Shown: positions 16,118 through 28,037, numbered from the whole stretch's first letter. The stretch: DNA of 63,945 nucleotides, filler included, from Guillardia theta CCMP2712 (GCF_000315625.1; 5 parts of 5 records of this genome joined end to end with filler, not necessarily neighbours in it), one strand, 5' to 3'. Notes: a model not told the origin generated them from the letters alone. Made by a program: numbers and translations.

Positions 16118-17197
16118 ACTGTATCATAGTCGTTTGTATATTGTAATGAATTCCGAACAAGGTTGATCTACATATCTCAGAATACGAAAGAACATTATGT
16201 TCGTTCCTCCTTTTGTCAGATTATTTCAAAAAATTGAGCTTTTCCATGCACAATGCTTTTGCTTAGCCACTAGATATTGTGGCTCAGTTTTTCTTGTTTT
16301 ATTTCTCAACAATGCAAGCTCATAACTTTCGTAGAGGAACGCGGTGCGGCACTGAAAGGAGTTCGAACCCGCAGTTGAACTATTTTATATCAAATCACGT
16401 AGTGATCGATTCATAGATGTCAACGTTATATTCTTCTCATGTGGGAGTTACCTACTGTTGTCAGGCTAGATCATCTCTCTTTGCTAATAACAGCATCACA
16501 AACCTCATGTAGGAATTCGGCTTTCTTTGCTCCATAAGCCATCACGAGTCGGTGAGTGATGGTAGTGGAAGTTTCAGTGACCGGGCGTCTCAACGATTCG
16601 TCTTTTCCCCGGGCCCGTTTGCCGCCGGGGCCCGAGCCAGTCAACTGGTAACGTGACATGACGGAATAGGAGGGATTTCGAAACCTGTGCCGGCCTCCGG
16701 ATCCGCAATCCGAAGAAGTTTTGAGGAATCTATCGCACGGAGGCCGGAAGAGAGACTGAAATGGGCTATTTTGAAGGTTATTCGGGGCTTACAGCTTACC
16801 TCGACGGAGGAGTCCGGGAGCAGGGTTGCAGGGTCTCGAGATTTCCTTGATATTAGGTTTTGACTCGAAGACGGTTTAGCGCCCTCTACGGCTCTTCTAT
16901 CTTCGGCAATAGAACACCCCTTCGCCACTTCCCCGCTATAAGTCAAATATAAGGGTCACTTTACAATATTTTTATATCGCAGCACACCCTTTCGACCCCT
17001 GCAGCACGTAACCTCCGCATCTCCAGATCCCCTGGCTCTCCGTATTTGTACAACCATACGCATCTCTACGTACATCCTCCTCATCCTCTTCCCCAACTCC
17101 CTTGCTCCCCTCCCCTCTGCTCCCCTCTGCTCTCCCTCCCTCCTCCTCCATTCTTCTTCGCTCTGGTTTCCTCGACCACCTCACCTGATCCCAAATC

Positions 17198-17520
17198 ATG
17201 ACAACTACAGAAACTTGTGCAAACAGATCCATCTTGTTCGTAGAATCCTCCCTTGTATTGTACACCAAGTCTTCCCGACCAAGAGTCTTCAAGCTTTCTC
17301 CCTCCCAGCAAGCCTACATGAGAAGTCTGCAACAGAAGGAAACTACTGCGAGAAACGGCAAGAGAATTGGGGACAATTTTGTATTTGACAGCGTAGGAGA
17401 GGTCAGGGCACGACTGATGGAAGTCAGCTCACTGGAACGGATTGTTAGAACTACCCATGTCTGATTCAGCTGAATTGCTTTATCCCTTCCATTTTTTTCA
17501 TATATTCTTTAAAAAATTAG
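17198..17520 (+). CDS. Small orphan protein, family member C
   Basis: MTTTETCANRSILFVES...RPRVFKLSPSQQAYM...DNFVFDSVGE| then a GT intron at 17402. The 3' end is tentative. Confidence 0.6.
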
Positions 17521-17572
17521 ATGAACAACTGTAAACAAATAAAAATTTCTTTCCCACGAGATGGCTTTCCGG

Positions 17573-19330
17573 TTACTTCTCCCACATTCTCTTCTGAAGG
17601 ATGTGGTCAATTTCACAAGTTGTCTTCTGCACAAGTGTAAGTGCGATCATGAGCAACACTTAGAGGACCCTCACATTATTGTGAGGCACGAAGAAGCCGT
17701 AGTGAGCCATGAGCTCCATGTTGCACTTGTCACCTGTCACATGACCTTGAGACATGAGCTAGGGCCCATACACCTTCACCGTATGTGATGCAGACCTCCT
17801 CGCCAGCAGCGAGATTTCTTCCTGCGTAGATGACGATCGCACCACCCTCGGATATTCCAACCTGCAGCAGGAGCAAAGGTTGACAACAGACATGGGAGGG
17901 AGGGGAGAGATTAAAGGGGAGGAGGAGGATAGTAGAGAGGGGATGTTGGTAGGGGAAGGGCGAGGGCGAGGAGAGAAGGAGGAAGGAGAGTAGGAGGGGC
18001 AGCAAGTGGGTGGGGAAGAGCTGGAGGGGGTTGAGACCTTGCGAGCCTTGGCGTCATGGTTGACCATGTCGGCGAGAGGAACTAGGATGTGCATCTTGTC
18101 GTTTCCTGCGCGCTCGGCCTTCTGCTGCAGGGACAACATGAGGGGAAGAGAGATGTGGGGGCGGTAGGAACTAGGAGGAGGGAGAGGGAGATGGAGGAGG
18201 AGAGATAACAGAAGGGAGGGGAAAGGTGAGGAGGGGGGAGGGGAAGGGGAGGAGGCAGACAGGGAGGGGGAAAGAAGAAGATGAATGAAGATGAGATGAT
18301 AAAGCGGTCGCGTAGCAGCAGCAGCACTTGGGAGGAGGAGGAGGAGGAGGAGGAGGAGGAGAGTACCATGAGTAAGCTTGTCTTTGGAATCTTCACCCCC
18401 CATGAGCGCGACATTATGATGGCGCTCGCCCACATCCATTCCCTCACGTCTGCTCCTACCGTGAGAGGTAGGGAGTGAGATGCAGTACCTGCCGGTACCG
18501 ATAGGAGAAGGGAAGAGTCCTGGGTTTCTGTGAAGAGAGGGTTCAGCAGAAGGGAGGGAGAGGGAACGTGGAGGGTATCACTCGGCGAAGAATTTCTGAG
18601 CGCGGGAGAAACTGTCGCGAAACATCTGTGTGCGTTGCAATGTGAGAAGTTTCTATATGAGGGACGATGGAGACAGATAAAGCTGAAGGAGGGAGGGAGA
18701 AAGTTAAGTGGGGGCAGGGGGCGGAGAAGGAGGGGGAGGAAGAAGAGGGAAGGAGGACAGAGGAAGGAGGAGGATAACGAAGGTGGAAGCCACAAGGAGA
18801 AGGGAAGAATTTCTCCATAGTTGTCACACCTTGCCGATTGTCCATATGGTGTTCAAATATCGGCTGTTGTTTGCAAACATTCCATTCTTGAAAGTTTCTG
18901 CAGCCCTCGTAAGGCCCAGCAGTGATAGTCTGAAAGAAAAGACCTCTTGCTTCCAACGTTGGGAGGGGAACGTATCGTGGAAGGGAGCACAGGAAGGGGC
19001 GGAAAAGAGAGGAGACATTCTTCGCCTCATACAAGAGAAATCTTGAACTTGCTGTCAGCAACTCTGCGAGATCGGAAGGTTGAGGTTAACACACATGGCA
19101 AGTCCTTCGAACTCGTGCAGGTTCCCCTTGCGGTACTCGTGGAGCAGAGGAGGGCCTGACGTGTGTCATGCGGCGGCAGCGGCAGCGGCATCAGAGCAGG
19201 AGCGGGAGCGGGAGCGGGAGCAGGAGCAGGAGCAGGAGCAGGAGGGAAACCTAGAAGCTCATGCTCGACTGCTCGGTGAAGACTCAGAGAGAGGTTCCCT
19301 GGGATGGCGAGAACAACTTGACCATCCTGT
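17573..19330 (-). CDS. SET-domain lysine methyltransferase, Rubisco-LSMT/SETD3-like; 5' truncated by a linker
   Basis: Exons give FRPFLCSLP, WMWASAIIMSRSWG, LVPLADMVNHD, GEEVCITYG and NMELMAHYGF. Stop at 17573-17575. Confidence 0.88.
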
Positions 19331-19361
19331 TGTTGACAGTGAGGAGCAGGAGCTGGAGCTG

Positions 19362-19402
<41 letters not shown>

Positions 19403-19417
19403 GGAGCAGGAGCAGGA

Positions 19418-19517
19418 NNNNNNNNNNNNNNNNNNNNNNNNNNNNNNNNNNNNNNNNNNNNTTAATTAATTAANNNNNNNNNNNNNNNNNNNNNNNNNNN
19501 NNNNNNNNNNNNNNNNN
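19418..19517. other. Artificial contig linker N-TTAATTAATTAA-N
   Basis: TTAATTAATTAA at 19462-19473 gives stops in all six frames. The block is 100 nt. Confidence 0.97.
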
Positions 19518-19752
19518 AGATTGCAGCAACAGTCCCCAAAAGCTCTTTAACACGCTCTCCCCCATCCGTAACATGCCCCATAACAATCTCTAAACAAAAC
19601 TCCCGGATAATATCAAGGCAAATGCATATAACACTCTTATCTTCATCTGATAACCCTCTCATCTGTTTCTTCAAACGATTCAGCTCACTCTGCGCTTTCA
19701 ACACAAGAGAACTAGTATCCTCACGGTATCGGTTCTTAATCCAATCACTCAT
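19518..19752 (-). CDS. Hypothetical protein in the AT-rich island, 3' truncated
   Basis: ORF MSDWIKNRYRED... runs open into the linker. Confidence 0.5.
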
Positions 19753-19868
19753 AATTCCACTCTCTCACAAATACAACCTTTCCACACAATCAGTTTATTA
19801 ATATACCAAAAAGCAATTGATAAAAATCAAACTCCAAAAACACCAAAGCTAAAGTCATCACAAAAATT

Positions 19869-20582
19869 TTAATTCCGCCGAAAACAACACAGACCTTCAT
19901 ACGCACCTGCCCATTCCCCATAGAACTCAGGAACAAAACCAAGCGTCCGAAAAAGATTATTCAGAGTATGCTGCTCCCCATACTCAATGCCAATCAGCGA
20001 TGAATCCTTCTCAATCAGATCATTCACCCCAATCCGTTGCCATTCACCACGCTTCAGCAAAATAAGACGGTTCAAAAAAGTCCACCCATAACGCTGATTC
20101 ACAGTAATCTTCGTAATACCAAGAAATCCATTCAGTTGCAACTTCATCTCACCACCATCCATTATACTCCCTTCCAACACACTCTCGTCACGCTCCAACT
20201 CAACCAATCCAAACCATTGGCAAAGCTCCAAAAACATCCAAAAAGTACGGTTCTTGTTCTTCATACGTTGGCTCTTCAAATATCGCTCTCGAAGGAACCG
20301 CCGGCTCACTTCATCCATACCAAAAACCTTCAAACTCTGCACTTCATTGAAGTTCTCCAAAATGCTCCGATACGACTTCTTCCAAATAGTCTGCCCTGCT
20401 CGAGCTCGCACTTGTTTGCTCCCAACTCCCGAAATACAAACAAGACTCTCAATCACAATCTTATCAGACTCGGAAACCACACTTTCATTCACCACACCCA
20501 CACCAATCAAACTCTCCGCAAGCTCGCTCATCGCAATCCCACACAAAAAAACCCTTCCCACCTCGAGTCCTTTTATAAACAC
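19869..20582 (-). CDS. Hypothetical protein (up to 237 aa; probable start MSELAES)
   Basis: Long intronless ORF in AT-rich DNA with globular-looking composition. Confidence 0.65.
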   Translation of the reverse strand: MFIKGLEVGRVFLCGIAMSELAESLIGVGVVNESVVSESDKIVIESLVCISGVGSKQVRARAGQTIWKKSYRSILENFNEVQSLKVFGMDEVSRRFLRERYLKSQRMKNKNRTFWMFLELCQWFGLVELERDESVLEGSIMDGGEMKLQLNGFLGITKITVNQRYGWTFLNRLILLKRGEWQRIGVNDLIEKDSSLIGIEYGEQHTLNNLFRTLGFVPEFYGEWAGAYEGLCCFRRN

Positions 20583-21139
20583 AAGCTAGGAAAGTCGTTA
20601 TATGTCCGTTATGAATAACGAACGTTACGGAAGTTACAAAACCGTTAAAAATCAAATACACGTTATTGGTGACAAAATGATTTTTGTAAAGTATATAAAG
20701 CAAACACTGTACACACATCAATTTTTCAATGACAACATGAAAAAGAAGAAAAACACACCGATTTTAGTCCATAGCAATGGCAAACAGCTGATGGCTAATA
20801 TCACCAACGCTATCATTAAAAACGAAAACAAACTCTGCAATTTAGATCATATTTTTCAAAAACAATACAATAAATCAAACATAAAATAATCTAATAGAAT
20901 AAATCTAAACATAAACAAAAATAAGTTGTTATTGTAATATATAATAAACTTGACATAAACTACATATTCTTATTGTAATATACAACAAAACTAACATAAA
21001 ATACATGATTTCCCGATATCACACATAAGCAACAAACAAATCTGACAGTCCATCCCGAAAAACACACATAAAACAACAACATTCTCCGATTCGTACTCCA
21101 ATACATATAAATTATTAACCACACAACACTACCATCATC

Positions 21140-21751
21140 ATGCCCACATCACAATCTGAACAAAATACACAAGCAAAAACCAACAAATCAAAATACAATA
21201 CTATAATACTATACATACTATTCTTTCTATTCTGGCTAACAGCAATCACTGCTTGGTACTACAAACCAGCACCCATAAATAACATAAACAAAAGAAGACA
21301 GGATTCACAGGATAAACTCAATATGCCATTCCTATTACATTGGTTCCTCTCAAACATTATCATCGCAATATTCTTCCTCGCTCTGCCTTTAATTCTATCT
21401 CTCTATTCTTCCAAAATAATATCCTTATCAAAATTCCAACTTCTCCTCCCAATAACTGTAACATCATTGGTTGCAATAATGGCCTGGTTGCTCTTCGATC
21501 CTTTTACAGATAAAAAATCTTCACAACCATATACACAAAACGAACTACTGATTGTCTCAATCGGTGGTATTTTCATTATCGCTTGTTTCATTTTCATCCT
21601 ATCATGCATATTACTCTGTACTACACAACAACACTCTGACATACAACAAACTCAAATACAAACAGCCACATCCGAATCTAAATACATCCGTTATCAACCT
21701 TTAGTAACATTCCCTCTTGATAAATACCCATACATCCATGCATTTCAATAA
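21140..21751 (+). CDS. Hypothetical membrane protein, 203 aa, about 4 transmembrane helices
   Basis: Intronless ORF with four hydrophobic stretches and a good ATG context. Confidence 0.7.
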   Translation: MPTSQSEQNTQAKTNKSKYNTIILYILFFLFWLTAITAWYYKPAPINNINKRRQDSQDKLNMPFLLHWFLSNIIIAIFFLALPLILSLYSSKIISLSKFQLLLPITVTSLVAIMAWLLFDPFTDKKSSQPYTQNELLIVSIGGIFIIACFIFILSCILLCTTQQHSDIQQTQIQTATSESKYIRYQPLVTFPLDKYPYIHAFQ

Positions 21752-22396
21752 AAAATATTCAATTGCTGCACTTTTTACTGTTCTCCTTTTTCAAAAAATC
21801 TATTCAAAAATCTGTAACATTTGCTGTTTTCAAGTGCTCAATTTCAACCATTCTCAACGCCTCATTTTTTCCTCTTAAGTTGAAATTTTCATTATCAGTA
21901 AACTTCCAAAAATTCACTTAAAGACCACCACGAGAACGTCGAAAAGGACGAATTAACTCCAATTTTAATCACATTTCCGGAATGCGTCAAAACTAGCGTC
22001 AAAAGACCTACCAGGGGGGGGGGTTTTTTACATATATATAATTTTTTGTATACCCCCTTCCCCGGCGTTAGGGGAGACACGACCGGTCCTGTCGGTGGGG
22101 GCCGAGCGGACGTGACTCATCGGGGTCACTGCTGGCAGAAATGCACTGAGGCGGGTCTGCTAAGAGTTCTGCCCTCAGGCCACTGAGCTTTCCGCCTATG
22201 TCAATCTGCTGCCCCCAAGGTACGGTTTTGACGGAGACTCTGAATTTCATTGTCCTCGTACTGATTTTTTACTTACTAACTTTGAGTAAAGGACTGAGCC
22301 AGTGGTGCCCGTCTCGGCAGATGATCAAACACAGACCGTACGCAAAACGCGGATTTCACCCGTTGAACCAACATATGCTTTACTAGTGTACAAACA

Positions 22397-25300
22397 TCAT
22401 GTCTCTTTCACAAAACCAAGCTTCTTCGCCTTCTCAAACTCTTGAAGAAGCTCATTCGCTGTCTGCTGTGCCTGCGTCATGCCCGACCCTCCCTGCCAGC
22501 ACCGTCAGGCACCCTCCCCCTCCTCCTCCCGAGTCCCCCTCCCGCCTCCTCCTCTCGCTTCTCTCTCCCCTCTCCTACCTCTCCTTTCTCGTAGCTCTTG
22601 GCCAAGTTGATGTCCCTGTCGATCTTGTTGCGGAACTCGATGTGCTGCAGTCACAGCAAGACAGCAGCAGCGTCAGCAGGCGGGCACAGGCCTCGCACAA
22701 GAGACTCACATGGAGCTCGGAGTTTCTCCTTCTGTTGTGCATCTTGGCTGACTCCATCTTAAGCTCGTCTGCCATGCGCTGATACCGATCCCTTCTGCTC
22801 TCGAGCTTCGGCTCTGACGCGAGATGATTGTCAGTACACTTATGCCAACGAAAAAACTTGCTTAGCATGGATAAAACGGAAAGGGACAGGCAGGCAAGCC
22901 AACAGACACCCAGAAGAAAGCAACACAATCAATCTGGATAAGTCTGTCCAATCAAATACCATCATTTCCTCCTGAGGCGAAATGTAAAAAACTGCCTCTC
23001 TCTTCTCTCGCAGCGTTCATCCCCTCCTCTTCCACCTCACGTCTCTGACTCTTGTCCACCTCCTACCAACCAACTAGCCTCACTGACCTGTGGGTGGAAC
23101 AGGTTTGAAATCCGCAGATGGCGGCAGCGGGTATTCTTTCGGCCCCAATGGATTTGAAAGGGGAAACGTGATCGACCTGCCGAACAAGTCAATGCGTTCT
23201 TCTTCTACGCGCAATTTCCTACGGATCGCGACCAGCTTCAACCGATTCAGAAATATCTTCCATCTGCTCAGATGCAGAGTACCGTCTTGTGAAACCATCA
23301 TCGATCATCCCCTTCAGCTGATCTTGTAGCGCCCACCCGTCCATCAGCGTCGTCGAGAAAGTTCGCAGGCTCGACTGCAGACTCTCCGTCACAGCCTCAC
23401 TCACACTCCCGCGCCTCACCGTCTCTATCATGCTTCTCATCTTTGCTTTCTTTTCACGTTGTAATGTAGGGAACATCCGGCAGACCTTGCAGCCCTCCAC
23501 GCAGTCAAGCTCGTACAGCGCCCTCGCAAGGTGCTCGAACTCCTCCTGCCCTCGCCGTCACTTCCTCCTCTCCCTCCTCCGCTCGTCTCTCTGGTCTCTC
23601 ACCAGGTCGATCTGCTCGTCCCCGTCCACGTCCGTCTGCTCGATGAAGCTGTCCAGTGTCTCATCCGAGATCTCCTTCCCCATCTTGCGGAAAGCATCCT
23701 GGATCTCGTTCCTGCTCCCCGTCAGCCCCTCGCGCCCCGCTGCGTGTGCTACTCTACCGGTCGATCTTGCCGCTCTTGTCCGCGTCCATCACGTCATAGA
23801 TCTCTCTGAGCTTGGCAGAGAACTGCAACACCCCAGGTCAGGGAGGAAGGAGGTAGGAGCGAGGGCGCAGACAAGGAGGGAGGAGAGGGACCGGGAGAGC
23901 AAGAGGTAAGGAGGGAGGGAAAGAAGGTAGTAGGGGATCAGTCAATGTCAATACCTCCATCCCGCTCAACCCGCTCAGGGAGCCGAAGAGGGTGGCGTTG
24001 GTCGCTTTCAAGGAGGGCACGCGAGTCAGCAGGGACCCAACTTGACTCAGTACGTCCTTGATCCTCGAGCTGGTTGGAGAATCTACAGCAACCACCTTCT
24101 CATCTACAACGTGTTCCGATCTGCCAGTACTGCCCCCATGTGAGACTGTCGACGTCGCTTCCGCCTCCTTCGGCCTGTGATCAAGCATCGTGTGTTCCAA
24201 CTGCTCCACGAGCTGCTTCAGCATCACCCCAGCTCGCTTCAGATGGCTCTGCTTCAGCTGCGAGCACGTGCACGCCCCGCAAGCGATCAGGTCGTGCGGT
24301 CGGGGCCTGTGCTCTAGGATCTCCTGCGACCCGAAGTGATCCCCTCGGCTGTGCATGGAGAGCTTGACGTTGTTCTTCCGCTTCTCCACCCGCCCGCGGA
24401 GGATGAAGATGATGGACTCCGTGAGGCTGCCGCTCTTGGAGATTCTGTTGCCGTCGCTGAAGGTCACGATCTCCATGAAGGGCTCGATCGTCTTGAAGTC
24501 GAAGTCTGCGTCCTGCGCTTTGATGTAGATCGCTGCGAGGTTGCACACTGGCTCTATGACTTCTTTCATCAGCTGAGCGTAGTTGAGCCTTCGCTTCTCC
24601 TCCGCAGCCTTGTCGTCGTCCACGTCCTTCTCCGGTGACCGCTTGCATACCGGACAGGTGGCCGGGCAGCGGTACTTGTTCACCTTGCAAGCGATGTGAC
24701 AAAACTCCTCCTGCAACACACACCTCTCAGTCGTCCCTCTGCCTTCCTCCAGGCTCCCTCCTCCCCACCATGTCCAGCTCCCCGTTCCCGTCCGAGTCGC
24801 AGCTCGCTATCCACTTGTCCAGGCTCTCGCTCGACATGGCATGCCCCATCCGAGCAAACGCGCTATGCAGCTCCGACCTACGCCAGTCACTCCCTCCCTC
24901 TCACCGGCAGGTCGGATGGTACCGAGAGAGCGAGTTGGACCCGTCGACGTCGATGGACTTGAACAAGTCTTGCACCTTCTGCGCGAACTGCAACCCAAGG
25001 GGCTCAGCGTCTGCCCCTGAGAGAAGAGCCGCCCACCTTCTCTGGCGACAGGCCGCTCAGCCTTCCGAAGAAAACTGAGCTTGCTTGCTCCAGGACGCTG
25101 AGGGCAGGAAAGGAATGAGCGAGCACAGACAGCATCGCAGAGGGCTTATAGAGAGAGGCTGTGAACAAGGAGAGAGAGAGACTGTAAAGGAGAGAGGGAG
25201 GGAGCAGATTCGGGAGTACTATGACCTACCTGCTTCCTGTCGAGAGCGTCCGCGATATCGAGATCTCTTGGCTCGAAATTGTGTGCTCTAATCGTTTCAC

Positions 25301-26141
25301 GCGATTCTGCAAAGAATCATCGTTTTCGTCTTCGCCGAGAAATTTTGAGTTCCGACGAGCTAAGGCCAAAGTGTTTCGCCTTCGTGGGTCGTGAGAAAAT
25401 CCTCCAGGACTAGAGGAAACTCTTGAGATAGGAGTGAGACCATTCGCAAGAGTCCCAGGGCTGGAGGTCGACGATGAGGGAGCCAGCGGGCAGCTACACT
25501 CATGCTCTGCTACCTGCCTTACCGTCCCCGTGAAACCGCAATCGTACTTGCAAACCACCGACGGACTTCGTACGCTCGTGTCGGATGTTCCCGGCCTGCT
25601 GCTCGGAGACGAGAACATCTTCTTACATTGTCGACAGTCGGGCTTGCAAGGGATCTTGAGCTTGACCCGCACCATGTGCTCAAACTCCCCCTGCCACCCA
25701 TGCAGTCCCATCAGCTTCTCCCCCCTCTCGCAGCGTCCATGGCAAGCACCGAGTCGATGTGATCGTCCCGGTTGGTGTCGTAGATGTCCATCAACGCCTC
25801 GATCTCCTCCGTGCTCACCCGCTTCCCCATGAACGCAAACGCCCTCGCCAGGTCATTCCTGGATCTCGTCAGCTCGCTGCGTCAGACAGTAGCGGAGTGG
25901 CGATACCTCGTGAGGAAGCCGCCTTGATCGGAGTCGAAGCGCTTGAAGGTGAAGGCGATCTTGGATGACAACTGGGGGAGGGAGCGCGAGGAGTCAAGAG
26001 CGAGGAGGACAGCGAGCGGGAGGACAAGGAGAGGAGGAGGGGGTCAGTCACGGTGAAGAGTGGACGGGGAGGAGAGGAAGAGGAGACGTACCTCGTCTGT
26101 CGGGACGGTAGCGAAATATTTGATGACTGTTTGCTCTGCAT
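22397..26141 (-). CDS. Multi-EF-hand protein: three EF-hand pairs each followed by H-x9-C-x3-C-x2-C, a zinc-finger-like segment and a cyclic-nucleotide-binding domain
   Basis: Spliced EF loops: DSDQGGFLTRND, DTNRDDHIDSGE, DVDGSNSLSRSE, DSDGNGELDMEE, DADKSGKIDRNE, DVDGDEQIDLEE. cNMP signature FILRGRVE...GDHFGSQEIL...PRPHDLIA. Last exon ends KLGFVKET* at 22397. Confidence 0.85.
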
Positions 26142-28037
26142 CTTCCAAGATTCTGCAGAGGTTTTGTTGGTTGTAGATCAATTTAATTGCGACCATTGGT
26201 GACTCACTGCTTGGATCCAGACAACGTACGCGTTACGACTGCTAAGTCACTCGAAAGGCCAGCTTGGAGCTTCTTAAGCCTTTCCAAGTTACTCTGTCCA
26301 AGTGAAGGATTTCAGAACGTAAGAAGCTTTGTTGATATAATGCTGGTACCGCTTGCATTTGTGGAATTCAGACAAGAGTAGATACCTTGAAATCCCAGAT
26401 TTACAAAGGTCTGGAAAAGCAGTAATGTGCCAAAAGAAGATTATCACCAGGCTCGGGTTAGAACTCATCTCTTTCAAGTCTAGAACTATCACCACTCTCT
26501 CGATTCATCACATTTCTTGATGCCTTCAAACCTCTCCAAGTTCACACACTGATAATTCACAAGTCCCTTTGAGGCTCCTTCAACGCCACTCTCCTGCCAT
26601 CCTCCCGGCGCTCCCCAGCCCCCATCCCTGCTTTGCTTCCTACCATGCTCCCCTCCACCCCAACCTCATCATCCTCCCCTTCTCCTCTCTTCTTCCTCGC
26701 TGTTTGCTCTATGGCCCCGCCCCCAGCGCCGCATTCTGCTTCACTCAAAACTTGATTGCTGACCCCACCCCTGTACACCCCACACCCAACATCCCACTAC
26801 CTCTCCCAGTACCTACCCCCATATAACCCATCGATTACCCCCTACTTCATAGGGGTAGTTGCCTACTGTTTGCACTCAGTGAGTACAAGTCCGGAGTCCG
26901 GACCCCACCCTCCTGTACGACCGATGTGCCTCCCAATGACCCACACCCCACCTCGAAAAACTATCCATCTGGTCTCTACATTTCCATTAGGAAAGGAGGG
27001 GTGGAAAGGCACCAAGACACCCTGCAACCTACCACCTACCCCCACCGGCCCAATCGCTACGTCCAGTCCATCGGGACCGGTTCAGAGGTTGACTACCCCC
27101 CTTTTGTCGGTCAAGTGGACTGGTAGCCAGATATTCACATTACAAAATGATGACCCCTACCCATCCTTTGAGCCAGAACCACATGGGAAAGTCAAGGGGG
27201 GTCATGCTACCTGCCGGCGGTCACAACTCTCTTTCAGAAGGCTCTCGATAATGCATGTCATCGTTTGGAATTGAACAGCGGAGATTAGAGGCAAAACAAG
27301 ATGAAGCTTTCCGATCTGACACAAAAAAGGTAGGGGTGATATACACCTTGACCAGCCGCCGAGTTATCAGCGACTTGATCCAACTAGTATATATACCCTT
27401 CTGCAAATTTCTGTCACGTTCTTGCCACCATTTATGGACAGAATTATGTAGTAAAGATGTACCTCCTCCTCTGCTGTGATTTTAGGGGTTGGGGTCCGTG
27501 CCATAGTGGGTAGGGGTACCAACTGTTCTGGCAACGTGGGTAGTTGACAATAGAATTCTGTTGGAAATGATGGGTAGGGTACTATTTGAAGGGGTAGTTG
27601 AGATCATATTTGGATTCGTTTGTGCACACCTGCCCAACACCCCTACCCCCTCGCTTCCGTTTCACAGACCGCTAGAAAATGACTGCAAGGTGGGTACCCC
27701 CTCAGACAAGGGAGGGGGTGGGGGATAAAGATAAAAATGACTTTTATGTGTCTTGTCCCATCCCTTTTGCATTCCTCCAGTCCTCCTCTCCTCCTCTGTC
27801 AAGCTCTATCTGTATCGAGACCCCCCTCTCACTCCCCCTCACCTTCACACAGCCTATCTGTACATCATCTGTCCTCCTATCTTCCGCTTTCCCCCTCGCT
27901 TCTGTTATCGAGCCATTCGTTCGGGGCTGCTGGGATTCGAAAGGACATCGTTGTTTGCGCCAAGAGTGTTGTTTGATAGCAAGATGCCAACCAACTAGCA
28001 GCTGGATAGTCAGTCAAGACTAAGGTACACAATAGAT

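Larger units (their letters stand above)
19518..21990. mobile_element. AT-rich, intronless, A/C-skewed island; possible endogenous viral or linear mobile-element segment
   Basis: Abrupt compositional contrast with the host genes, closely packed intronless ORFs and no microsatellites. No hallmark gene was recognised. Confidence 0.45.

Noticed and set aside
19462-19473. TTAATTAATTAA as a biological palindrome or piggyBac TTAA target (also 37542, 53943, 62685)
   Set aside because: Always centred in identical 100-nt N blocks and gives six-frame stops; this is an assembly linker.
20037-20618. 193-aa His/Gln/Thr-rich plus-strand ORF in the island
   Set aside because: Antisense to the better 237-aa ORF; its composition simply mirrors the A/C skew.
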